Shown one piece after another: positions 53,783-64,000 of a DNA stretch of 64,000 nucleotides. Every line of letters begins with the position of its first letter. The first letter of the stretch is position 1. The stretch spans positions 111,972,001-112,036,000 of the forward strand of contig NC_042998.1 of the NCBI RefSeq assembly GCF_006345805.1, written 5' to 3'. Position numbers and translations under genes: made by a program. Below the pieces are notes generated by a model, which saw only the letters and a program-made list of their open reading frames with translations, ran no database searches and was not told the DNA's origin. Origin of the DNA: Octopus sinensis (lineage: Eukaryota).

Positions 53783-56673
53783 TATTAGTATGAATAAAAT
53801 AAGGTGGCGAGCTGGCAGAATCATTAGCACACTGGTAAAAATGATTAGCATCATTTCGTCTGTCTTTATGTTGTAAGGTCAAATTCCACAGAGGTTGATT
53901 TTTCCTTCCATTGTTACCAGGTTGATGAAATAAATACCAGTCGAGCATTGATAGCGATGAAATCGCTAAATTTCAGGCTACTAAATTTCAGGCTTTATGC
54001 TTATAGTAGAAAGAATTATTTATAAACAAAATTCAATTAATTTAATTGAAGTCAGTATTCAATTCAATAAATATTTAGGTCCAGGTCGTCTCTGAAGTGT
54101 ATTCGAGCAATGGATCTTCCATCTTTCTTCAAATTTAGTTTAACTAGGACAACATTTATGTTTCCTTTAAGATTGTGTGGTGGAGATAGTCCGAGGGGAA
54201 TCTACTGTCTGTTTCTAGCTTGTCGAATAACTACGTTGATGGAACTTTCGTTGGACTGATTCTTAAACAGTATTAAAGGATACTAGGCCCCGCAAAGTCC
54301 ATTAGCTCTTTAGGATACAAAAATTCAGTTTGACTCAAAAAGTGTTCGCACAACAACCACGTCTGTTTGTCGTTCAACTTCATTAAAGATTAAATCATAA
54401 TTGACACATTGTTGTTGCTATCATGAATTCTATTATCCTTCTATACATTTCAAAATCCATTGTTACTATTTTTTTTGTTTTCTCTTGCTGCGTGTTTTTA
54501 TGATTTTTTTTCATACTGGAATATTCCATATCAATAATTTATATCTACTTTTAGAGAGTATTCTCCGGAATTAGAACAAATAAACTTACACTTGAGGGTT
54601 TGCACACATTGTATTCAAAATCAAATACAGATTCTTTGCTCTAATCGCTATTCTTCGTCCTTTATTCACCAATGTAGAGTCTTGATACCACACGAAGCTT
54701 ATCGATTCACTGCCTACTTTACCCAAACTACTGTTAGATTTATCGATGAATTGTTATGGCTTTTTAACATAATCACTTTCAACAGGCATCTCTGTGGAAT
54801 AAATTTGCTTTACAGCATCCTGGTTTGAGGTTCAATCCCACAAGGTGACACCTTTGGCATAATTTCGAAATAGCCGATGTTTATAAATGGACTCTGTCAG
54901 ATAAAAACTATACAGAAGCTCGTTGCTCATGTTTGTATACACATATGCACACATACAAGTGTGTGTGCGTGTGTGTGCGTGTGTGTGAGTGTGTGTGTGT
55001 GTGTGTGCGTACGCGCATTTTTAAACATGTGTATATCTTTCAACCGTGTATTTCGACGAAGGCGGTTAGCCAGTGTTGTCCTACAATGTTATTGGTGATA
55101 TTCGTTCAGGCTTAGTTGCTAGACAAATCCTTGTTGCTCTCTGTAACAACGCGATTTTTCGTGAAAGTAAACAAATATTTTACATCAGGTAAAGTTTTAC
55201 TCTGTCTCTCTTTTCCCATACATCCTTCACAGGTCTGCTATAACATTCATCCTCTCAATTTTTCTACAGTTTGTGTCAACATATTTTTAGAATGTTGCTA
55301 ATCTACAAAAAACAAAAACAAAACAATGAGCAACCTTCTAGATTCACCTAAGACGATACTAAAAATATCAATAATTCCAATTTTAATATATTTTAATAAA
55401 AATGTTGCTTATATTGTCCATTTTGGTTACCATATTTTCTTAAAGTCTACATCTTACTCGTTGCAATCATTTCTTTCTGCTTCTTGTAACTCTCTTTAAA
55501 TCTAGATTCGTTTCTTTATAGCACCGACGTTACTGTCAAACTTACGCCGTCTTTTGCTCTCATGAAAATTTTGTTATCGCAATTATAATTAACGAAATAT
55601 TGTTCATGTATAGCAAAGGAGCGACAATCGAAGTTATTTATATTTCACGATTTATTTACGAAGTGAATAATTCAACAATGCGACTAGGTAAATAAAAGTG
55701 ATTACACACTAAAAGTTTGTAAAAGATATATATATTCACAGATGAAACCATAAATTTAGTAGGTATGAAAGGTGGAATATATATATTCAAGTAACTGCGT
55801 GACTTCAGGGAGTGTTAATTTCAGTTTGGAAGTAATTATGCACAAATACACACACACACACACAAATAAACTAGGAGAAAACCACATGTAGTGAGTTATT
55901 TTGTTGAACCTCTATAATTACTTCCAATTTAGGCACAAGGCCAGCAATTTTGTTGGAAGTGGTTATTCGATTACATCCACCCCAGTAGTTAAGTACTTTT
56001 TTTTTCATTGTTGCTTACAGGCTCAAAGGCAAAGTTAGTATTAGCGGTATTTGAACTCGGTAAGTTAAAAGCCGGATGAGAAACCGCAAAATATTGTCCG
56101 ATTGTTACGATTCTATCAATCCATCGCGCTAAAACAAGATTTTCTGAATTCATGTAGCGACTTAAACAACATGGCCTGTTTTTATGTTACTCTATAACAT
56201 CTATTGTTTGACACTTCAAATACAGTTTTAATGGGAAGGAAACGACAAAATTGAAAGCAAGGATGAGATGTAAAGACTCTTTACGTTTGAACAACATTAT
56301 TGCACGCAAGCAGCTATAGTTGTTGCATCTTTTTCAGTCACAGTTTAAGACTAACCATAAAATTTTCCTCCCTATTGATAAATTATAGGATTAAGCTGTT
56401 AAGACATCAATCTGAAGAGTTTTATCTTTACACTGTTTAAAAGCTCTTGAGCTCTTTTGTAGTTTTTATTTTATTTTATTTTATTCTATTCTATTATATG
56501 TTCTATCGATATACCATTTATTATCCCCCACTTCATTCAGATATTTCAATCTTCCAAATTTGAAGGCTTCCCCAACTTTGAACAATACTCTGCTTCTCTT
56601 TAATAGAACAATATTCTTTCCTGTTCTTTCTCCTCCTCCTCCTCCTCCTCCACTACCCCTCTCTCTCTTTCTA

Positions 56674-56733
<60 letters not shown>

Positions 56734-57153
56734 GCTTTCCAATTTTAGTGCATGTCTTATACATTTGCAATTGTCTATTGTATCGGTAAAAATATGACAA
56801 AGGTTAAAGAATATGCTTTGAAAAATACGTGAGTTTGCGTTCGATGCCAAGCCACAGCAGAGCACAATGGATAGTGAATTCTATTATAATCTCGGATTTG
56901 TCAAATTCATGTGACTGAAATTTGCTAGATGAAAACTATATTGATGCTCATAGTGTGACATATTCATGTTCTTCAGTAGTAGATTTACTCTGTTGTTTAG
57001 TTTGACAGCATCATTTGACTCTTGGGTGCCTTCCGCGAGGTCTAATCTGAGACCAGATACCAACAGCCTTCCTTACACCCAAAGTCTTAGAGGCACTGGA
57101 GAGGGTTATAGTCACTACTTTTCTTCCTTTGAGTAATTCAACTGATTCAATTA

Positions 57154-57516
57154 CAGTGATCCCTCGACTATCGCGGGTGTTAACATTCGAAAAAATCCCC
57201 GCGATAGGTGAAAATCCGTGAAGTAGAAACAGTACTGTACTATATATATATATATTTTTTAAGACTATTTTTATAATTTGTATATATTTATTTTCTTTTA
57301 TTCATTTATTCGTTTTAGTCAATTGACTGCAGCCATGCAGGAACACCGCCTTTAGTCGAATAAATAGACCCCGACGACTTATTCATTGTGAGCCTAGTGC
57401 TTATTCTATCAGTCACTTTTGCCGAACTGCTAAGTTACGGGGACATAAACACACCAACACCAGTTGTCAAGCGATGGAGGGAGACAAACACAGACACTCA
57501 AATACACACGCGCACG

Positions 57517-57584
<68 letters not shown>

Positions 57585-58144
57585 CGACGGACTCCTTTCA
57601 GTTTCCGTCTATCTATTCCACTGACAAGGCTTTGGTTGGCCCGAGGCTATAGTAGAAGAGGCTTGCCCAAGGTGCCAGTGGGATTAAACCCGGAACCATG
57701 TGGCTGGGAAGCAAGCTTCTTACCGCAGAGCCACTCCTGCGCCTATTTGATTATAAATGCAAAACAACACCGCACACTCGCCTACCGAGTTTCGTTTTCC
57801 ATACAGTATGTGCGGTTCTTTGTTTACTCATCTACGGTACACTACGTATTTTCTTTTAATATATTTTAATTAATGTGTTATACAGTGTAGTACTGTACTT
57901 TTATTTATTAATTTTTAGGCGTGAAAATGCATATTTTACCAAAGAAATAATAAAAATGTAAAAGAGAATAAATACCTATCGGCCGCAGAAACCCGTTGGC
58001 AGAAAAGGAGCTACGAGGACATCCCTTCCAGACGGTCACCTATGACGATCAACCACAACCCTACATAGTAGTCTGGACCCCCAGAAAAATCCGCGGTATA
58101 CTGAGAATGCGATAGGTGAACCACGATATGGCGAGTGATTACTG
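57154..58144. mobile_element. Second copy of the same pogo/Tigger-like MITE, carrying a full SINE
   Basis: TA|CAGTGATCCCTCGACTATCGCG ... CACGATATGGCGAGTGATTACTG|TA. Shares GCGATAGGTGAAAATCCG.GAAGTAGAAACAGTACT and AATAAATACCTATCGGCCGCA with the 53261 copy. Confidence 0.82.
57295..57745 (-). mobile_element. Full-length CORE-type tRNA SINE with internal (CA)n
   Basis: Head GGCGCAGGAGTGGCT..CCGGGTTTAATCCCACTG, CCTTGGGCAAG (CORE-like), microsatellite, then tail ..CCCCGTAACTTAGCAGTTCGGCAAAAG..CGACTAAAGGCGGTG. Confidence 0.85.
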
Positions 58145-58699
58145 TATATGCCTTACGGTCGGATCATACATTTGGCAGGTAGAATATTCTCACTGTGTCT
58201 ATTTTGTGAACAAATGTGTTTATGTGATGCACGTTAGAGCATGCTTTTACCAGCGTGCTCTAGTTAAACATGAAGAACAACAAAAGACGATTTATTTATC
58301 AATGCAGTCAGTGCGGATATGGCTACGCATTCTTATGAGTCAGTTTGCAAATGAAAGTACGATCCTTGCCTTAAACGTTAGTCCAAGTGGCGCCACGACC
58401 AATCCCCTTGTTTAAAGACTGAAGATCTCCCCACTATTTAGATCAAAGTTTTTTCTACACATACACACATACAGATATTCATATGTATGTACGTATGTGT
58501 GTGTGTACCCATATATGCACACACCCATGAATACATATATGTACACATTCACACACAAGCGCGCGCGTACACACACGCACACACACACACACATGCAAAC
58601 ACACATGAGACATACAAACACATACATATACATGTGTTTGTGAGCGCGTACTCATTACAGAAGCTATTAAAAACTTCATTCGATATAAGAATTATGCTA

Positions 58700-59400
58700 T
58701 AGGCAGATATGCTGAATATACTTTGAAACGATTTATATATACAAATAAAAACTCTTCTTTTGATATATAAATGTGTTGAGAGGAAGAATCGATAGGTAGT
58801 CGGAGGAAATTGGGAGATTGTTTGTCGAGCGGTTTAGGTAGTTAGATGTGCTTGTAGTTGGCTAGTTCACATACGTGTTGGAGTGAGTTGTGTCAGAGGT
58901 AAATGGTGGACGTGGTTGTAATGGTGTTAAAATTAATTCTCTCTTGTCATACGTACTATTTGAAAATCAGAACGTGTTAAGTGCATTAAGGTCTGCTCCA
59001 GTGCTTTCTTTCAAAGTGTTTAAGTTTTGTAGTTGGGATCTGTCACTTGAGTCAGCTGGTAAGGACGGTAGTGGAGTATATATGCTTGCTTTTCTTTTCG
59101 TTTTTTCTATTTTTTTACTTTGAATACCTGTATTTTCAGTGTAGTAACATCTGTTGGTTTATGAAAATTATTTTTGGTATCTGCCAACTGGATGCAGGTC
59201 TTATTGATATTATTAGCCCGCGTCTGTAGTGCTAGACTTGTGTCTAATTTGACCTGATTGGATGCTGGGTTTTCTTTTTTCTGAATTATCATTATGCGAA
59301 TGTTGTGATTAAGGATAAAGTATTGTAGGACCATAAAGGTGTGGTAACATTTTGAATTTGTTTCGCCAGGTTGGAAGTGGAAAAATCGTAAACGCATCTG
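58700..59400 (-). pseudogene. Possible decayed PLE reverse transcriptase N-terminal remnant
   Basis: LPHLYGPTIL at about 59347-59318 resembles the PLE motif PxLYGLPKIHK. Little other support. Confidence 0.25.
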
Positions 59401-59424
59401 ATGGAATGTTTAGCGGCGTTTCTG

Positions 59425-60185
59425 GATCTATCTCAATCACAAATTTTTTAATTAATTTTTTTTTTAACTAAACAGTTTGAAACTTCGAATACTGGTAGAA
59501 TTTCTTACGTAGAACATAGTTTACTCTGGACGTTTTTGACAAAATTGCGTATTTTAGAAGTTATTTCGTGTTAAAGTTGTCGTATTTGGTTAATTTCAAC
59601 CAATCAACGAAGTGTATTCAACTGAAGAAAGCTACTGCTGTTTGCGATAGTAATGGAAGAGGAACAACTTCCGGATCATCTCTACTTAATGTCACTACTA
59701 TTCTATCCTTTCTTCCTTTCTAGTCAGCACCGAACTTGTCACTGCCACCACAACTGCCGTATTTTCCGGTGTATAAGCCGCTATTTGTTTTGCCTTACTT
59801 TCTTTGATAAAGTTACTTTATTTGATAAAGTTATTTTTTTATCTAATAAAGACTTTTATATTGACGAGATGAGTTTGTTGTTGATTATAGTAAGATAAAG
59901 TCATGACAATAACAATACATCTCATAGTTGTAAAATAAGGCATTCTGAAACTATATATACTCGTACGTCAACAACAAAAAAGCTAACTGCGGACTCATTA
60001 CTGTAAGGTGTTGATTCTTCGAACAGAGTGGTGACATTTAGTAGAGATGACCCGGAAGTTGCTCCTCTTCCATTACTATCGCAAAAAAAAGTAGCTTTCA
60101 CACGTCGTTGATTGGCTGAAATTACCCAAATACGACATCTTTAACATGAATTTAAAGATCTGTGATTGAGATGGAATAGATCTGC
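59425..60185. mobile_element. GGATC-ended non-autonomous DNA element with inverted subterminal blocks
   Basis: GGATCTATCTCAATCACA ... TGTGATTGAGAT(GGAAT)AGATCT. Inner inverted blocks TAATTTCAACCAATCAACGA / TCGTTGATTGGCTGAAATTA and TTTGCGATAGTAATGGAAGAGGA / TCCTCTTCCCATTACTATCGCAAA. Confidence 0.7.
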
Positions 60186-61535
60186 ATTTCTGTCGGCTCT
60201 TTACATTCTGATCTCAAATACCATTGAGGTCAAATTCGCTTTCCCTTTCAGGGTCGATAAAATAGAGAACCAGCTCCGTGCTGGAGTCATTGTAATCAAC
60301 TAACCCCTTCTCCTAAACTGCTGGCCTTGGGCCAAATGGGAAGAAATTATTGTGAAATATATTCAGTGTGGATCTAAGATGTTGATGAAGGAGAAAACAG
60401 CAGTACTTCATGTGTTTATCATTGCTACTTTGTTTTTATAACTTTTTTTCTATAATGTGTATTTTTTTGAAGTTTTTGTAAATTAAACTCACTTATTCTA
60501 TGAGTACGTCCAATACTCTGTAAAATATTTAGCTTTATGGAAACTTCATATCACGTTCTGTAAAGAATAGTAACTTCTGACATTGTCTGAAAGCGATAAC
60601 ATTATCAGAAGATTTTAAAATTCGTCAACCGAAAATCTATGTAAACATCTTTGCAAGTAAGAACGTATTAATAAAAATTATTCCGTATCGCGGTTTAAAG
60701 CTCTGAATTTTGTCAGCAGCAGCAATCACTTGGTGAAAAGGGATGTTATTCTGTCTATTTTTGAGTTCCTTTCTAATAAGTCACGATAAAAATAGTTACA
60801 CGCAAACATATATATATATATACATATAGTATAAGTATGGAATAAATATTTGTATCAAACAGACCAAGGTAAATTTAATGTAGTTACCCTACAGACTATA
60901 AGACTCCACTAAAGAAAGTTAACAAATGTGATTATATCGTGTTATTCTACTCGGAGACAGAAAAATAAGTTTATCTTGATGTGTTTCGTAGCCAGTTGGC
61001 CACTCCTCAGAGTATAAATACTACACATCTTTCTGCATACAGAAATAGTAAGTCAACGATTGCTATTTAAATCATATTCACACTACATGCTTACTGAAAT
61101 AGCTACCCAAATTTGCGTATCCTGCAATGGTTTCCAACGTGATTAAATATTTAATAAATATTTTATGCCTAAAATGCGTGCTATACAAAATCTACGATAA
61201 ATTTAACGTAGTTAACCTGCAGGTTATAGCACTTACACTGTGAAAAAAGAAAAGACGCTTCAAATTGTTCCTAATTCTGTTACTGTTTTTATCTTTAGAC
61301 TACGTTCATATTTGGGCTCCGCTTGAGGTGGTTTTTACGTCGATCATATCGGCAGTAATAATTACTTCAGTCTGCTAGTCAATTTATTGATATCTATTCA
61401 TCGAATACGTTATGGTTTTCATATAAAGGCACTCACACATTCACATACATGTATGTATGTACGATTGTGTATGAATGTGAATATGTATATGTGTGTGTTT
61501 GTGTAGAGATAAACACATACACAAGTATCAATGCA

Positions 61536-61584
<49 letters not shown>

Positions 61585-61688
61585 TTTATATAATATAATG
61601 CAGATATAGATAGCTAGATAAATAGATATACATGATAGACATATGCGTTTATACTCTTGTCTGCCATTGACCAACATGTAATGGAAAT

Positions 61689-61736
<48 letters not shown>

Positions 61737-61754
61737 ACAAATTAGTATATATAT

Positions 61755-62245
61755 ATAGTTAATCCAACCATGAACAAAGAGAAACACAACAACGCGAGGA
61801 CGTGGAACAAGTATAGTGTCATTGGACGCTGAGGAAAGGAAAGAAAGAAGTAGGATTTAAGATTTCGAGCGGAGCTCTTCGTCAGAAACATAGAAAAAGG
61901 AAAGGCCCAAGGAAGGGAAGACGGAGAAAGAAAATCGCCAACGATACATACGAGGTCGCACGTTGAAATGACTGCATGTGTGTGATGTGTGTGTATAGGA
62001 GGTATGTGTGGGTTCATTTCCGTGTGCTTGTGTGTGTGCAAGTGCATGTGTGTTTGAACGAGGGGTTGTGTAGGGGGTTTAGGTGCGTTTTTTGCGCGTG
62101 TATGCATGTGCGTGTGTGCGTTCGTGTGCGTATGTGCGTGCTTAAGTGTGCGCATGTGTGTGTGCGTATGTGCGTGGGTTGTGCGTGGGGTTTGTGTAGG
62201 CATGTATGTGCGTACCTGTGTGTATGTGCGTGCGTGTGCTTGTGT
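61755..62245 (-). mobile_element. PLE terminal repeat with CA-rich upstream region
   Basis: Reverse-complement homologue of 44772-44998, flanked by (TA)n. Confidence 0.75.
61855..61889 (-). ncRNA. Minimal hammerhead motif, stem III mutated
   Basis: GTTT-CTGACGA-A-GAGC-TCC-GCTC-GAA-ATCT-T-AAAT. Canonical CUGACGA box; ACGT has become ATCT. Confidence 0.6.
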
Positions 62246-63054
62246 TCGTATATATATATATATATACATACCACTTAATTTGAGCGGAGGCAATGCGAGT
62301 AGGAACTAAAGGAACATTACTAAGATCTGCCCTCAAAGATTAAATACATACATATATTCATATATTCATTTACATCTAAAGAACGGATATACAATTCGAC
62401 AAATATATAAATATAATGATATATATAAATAGATAAAAAATTATATAATACATATAAATATATAAGAATCAGTGTTACATGCACAGTGAATTTACGCTTA
62501 AAGTTATAAAATATTGGTTTAATAAAAAAATTGGTATAATAAAACATAAGAAAAACATATTATATATATATATATACACTGGGCTTCAGCAGAGTTTCCG
62601 TCTAGCAATTTCCATTACATGTTGGTCAGTGGCAGACATAAGTAGAAGATTCTTGACCAAAGTTCCGTGGTTGTGCAGTAGGAACGAACCCATGATCACA
62701 TGATTACGAATCAAACCTCTTAATTATACAACCATGCCTATATCTATTTGATGCGCTTTAATTTTCAACTATTTTTTTTATTATATTCTAAAAAGGTGTG
62801 TCGGTCATGGCGAGAGCATCTTACGACAGTGGTCAACTTGATTAGGGCTGACTTGAGGCTAAACAACAGCAATAAAAGATTTCTTTTAAAATGTAAATTT
62901 CATCATGCAGCAGTGCATATGCACTTGTGTGCATCTTTCGCATGTATCTATATATGCGTTGGATACGTATCTCTTAATGTAAGCGTATGCGTGAAAAAAT
63001 GAGTGTGTGTGTGTATACACATATGTATGTGTGTATATGTGTGTATGTATGTAT

Positions 63055-63276
63055 TTGTTTCTGTGTCTGTTTGTTTCTGCACCGTCGCTTGACAACCGAT
63101 GTTGGTGTACTTACGTCCCCGTAACGAAGCAGTTCGGCAAAAGAGACCGATAGGATAAGTACTAGGCTTACAAAGAATAAGTCCTCGGATCGATATGTTC
63201 GACTAAAGGCGGTGCTCCAGCATGGCCAGTCAAATGAATGAAACAAGTAAATGAGTAAAAGAATGAAAGAATATAT

Positions 63277-63345
<69 letters not shown>

Positions 63346-63562
63346 ATGTATGTATGTATGTATACATATTCTTTTATTTGTTTCAGTTATTTGGCTGCGA
63401 CCATGCTGGAGCATCGCTTCTAGTTAAGCAAATCTACCCCAGGACTTATTCTTTGTAAGCGTAGTACTTATTCTATCGGGCACTTTTGCCAGACTGCTAA
63501 GTTACAGGAACGTAAACACACCACCATCAGTTGTCAAGCGATGTTGAGCGGACAAACACAGA
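63055..63562. mobile_element. Two SINE tails in inverted, tail-to-tail orientation about 100 bp apart
   Basis: 63055-63270(+) CGCTTGACAACCGATG..GGTGCTCCAGCATGGCC and 63368-63562(-) CCATGCTGGAGCA..CATCAGTTGTCAAGCG. Confidence 0.85.
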
Positions 63563-63638
63563 TATAGACATATACACATACATACATACATGCATGCATA
63601 CATACATACATACATACATACATACATACATACATACA

Positions 63639-63707
<69 letters not shown>

Positions 63708-63921
63708 GTCGTGCTTTCGTGTTTGGATTAACTATATATATATAAAAGCATAGTGTTTACTGATTTTAACCCACGCTGGTGGAAAGGGGAGAGTAGAAAT
63801 TCTTCGCTTGCATTTTTGAGTTTTCTGGCACTGTTAGTTTCGAGCAGATCTTCAGAAGCGATAAGAAGCCGAAAGGGTATGCTCCCACTTTCAGTGTTTT
63901 CAAATCCAAACCAGGGAGTTC

Positions 63922-63974
63922 TGAGCTGATGATAGAAATGTCGAGTTTGACTAATCTTGAAACGTACGTTCTCA
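63922..63974 (+). ncRNA. Type-I hammerhead ribozyme motif, apparently intact
   Basis: TGAG-CTGATGA-T-AGA-AAT-GTC-GAGTTT-GAC-TAA-TCT-T-GAA-ACGTACGT-T-CTCA. Stem I TGAG/CTCA, palindromic stem III ACGTACGT, GUU triplet. Confidence 0.8.
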
Positions 63975-64000
63975 AATAACCTTTGCATTTGATTTTTTAA

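Noticed and set aside
60840-61250. Diverged ~330-bp-period direct similarity (AAATTTAA.GTAGTTA.CCT.CAG..TATA)
   Set aside because: A short, degenerate match in AT-rich DNA; at most an old tandem duplication with no functional clue.
63790-63862. Minus-strand CTGAAGA-TCTGCTC-GAAAC as another hammerhead
   Set aside because: I could not form a stem III with a UH triplet adjacent to a stem I partner.

Overview
AT-rich, microsatellite-dense animal DNA. The SINE families suggest an octopus-like cephalopod (inference). I found no host protein-coding exon I can support, so the window looks intergenic or intronic and consists mostly of transposable-element debris. It holds tRNA-derived SINEs (CORE-type and Nin/Deu-type), decayed CR1/L2-group and RTE-like LINEs, three R4/Dong-type retrotransposon copies sitting in (TAA)n arrays, Tc1/mariner, pogo-like, hAT, piggyBac and Helitron remnants, and several Penelope-like element (PLE) fragments. 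The main non-coding signal is a set of 13 type-I hammerhead ribozyme (HHR) motifs, ranging from intact to decayed, on both strands. They lie in PLE terminal repeats or short ORF-less elements next to (TA)n tracts. Most have a palindromic (or decayed palindromic) stem III, several have unusually long stem II arms, most have a non-canonical stem II closing position, and several sit in near-perfect DNA fold-backs. Coordinates were read by hand: motif coordinates should be good to a few bases, while decayed-element boundaries are approximate.
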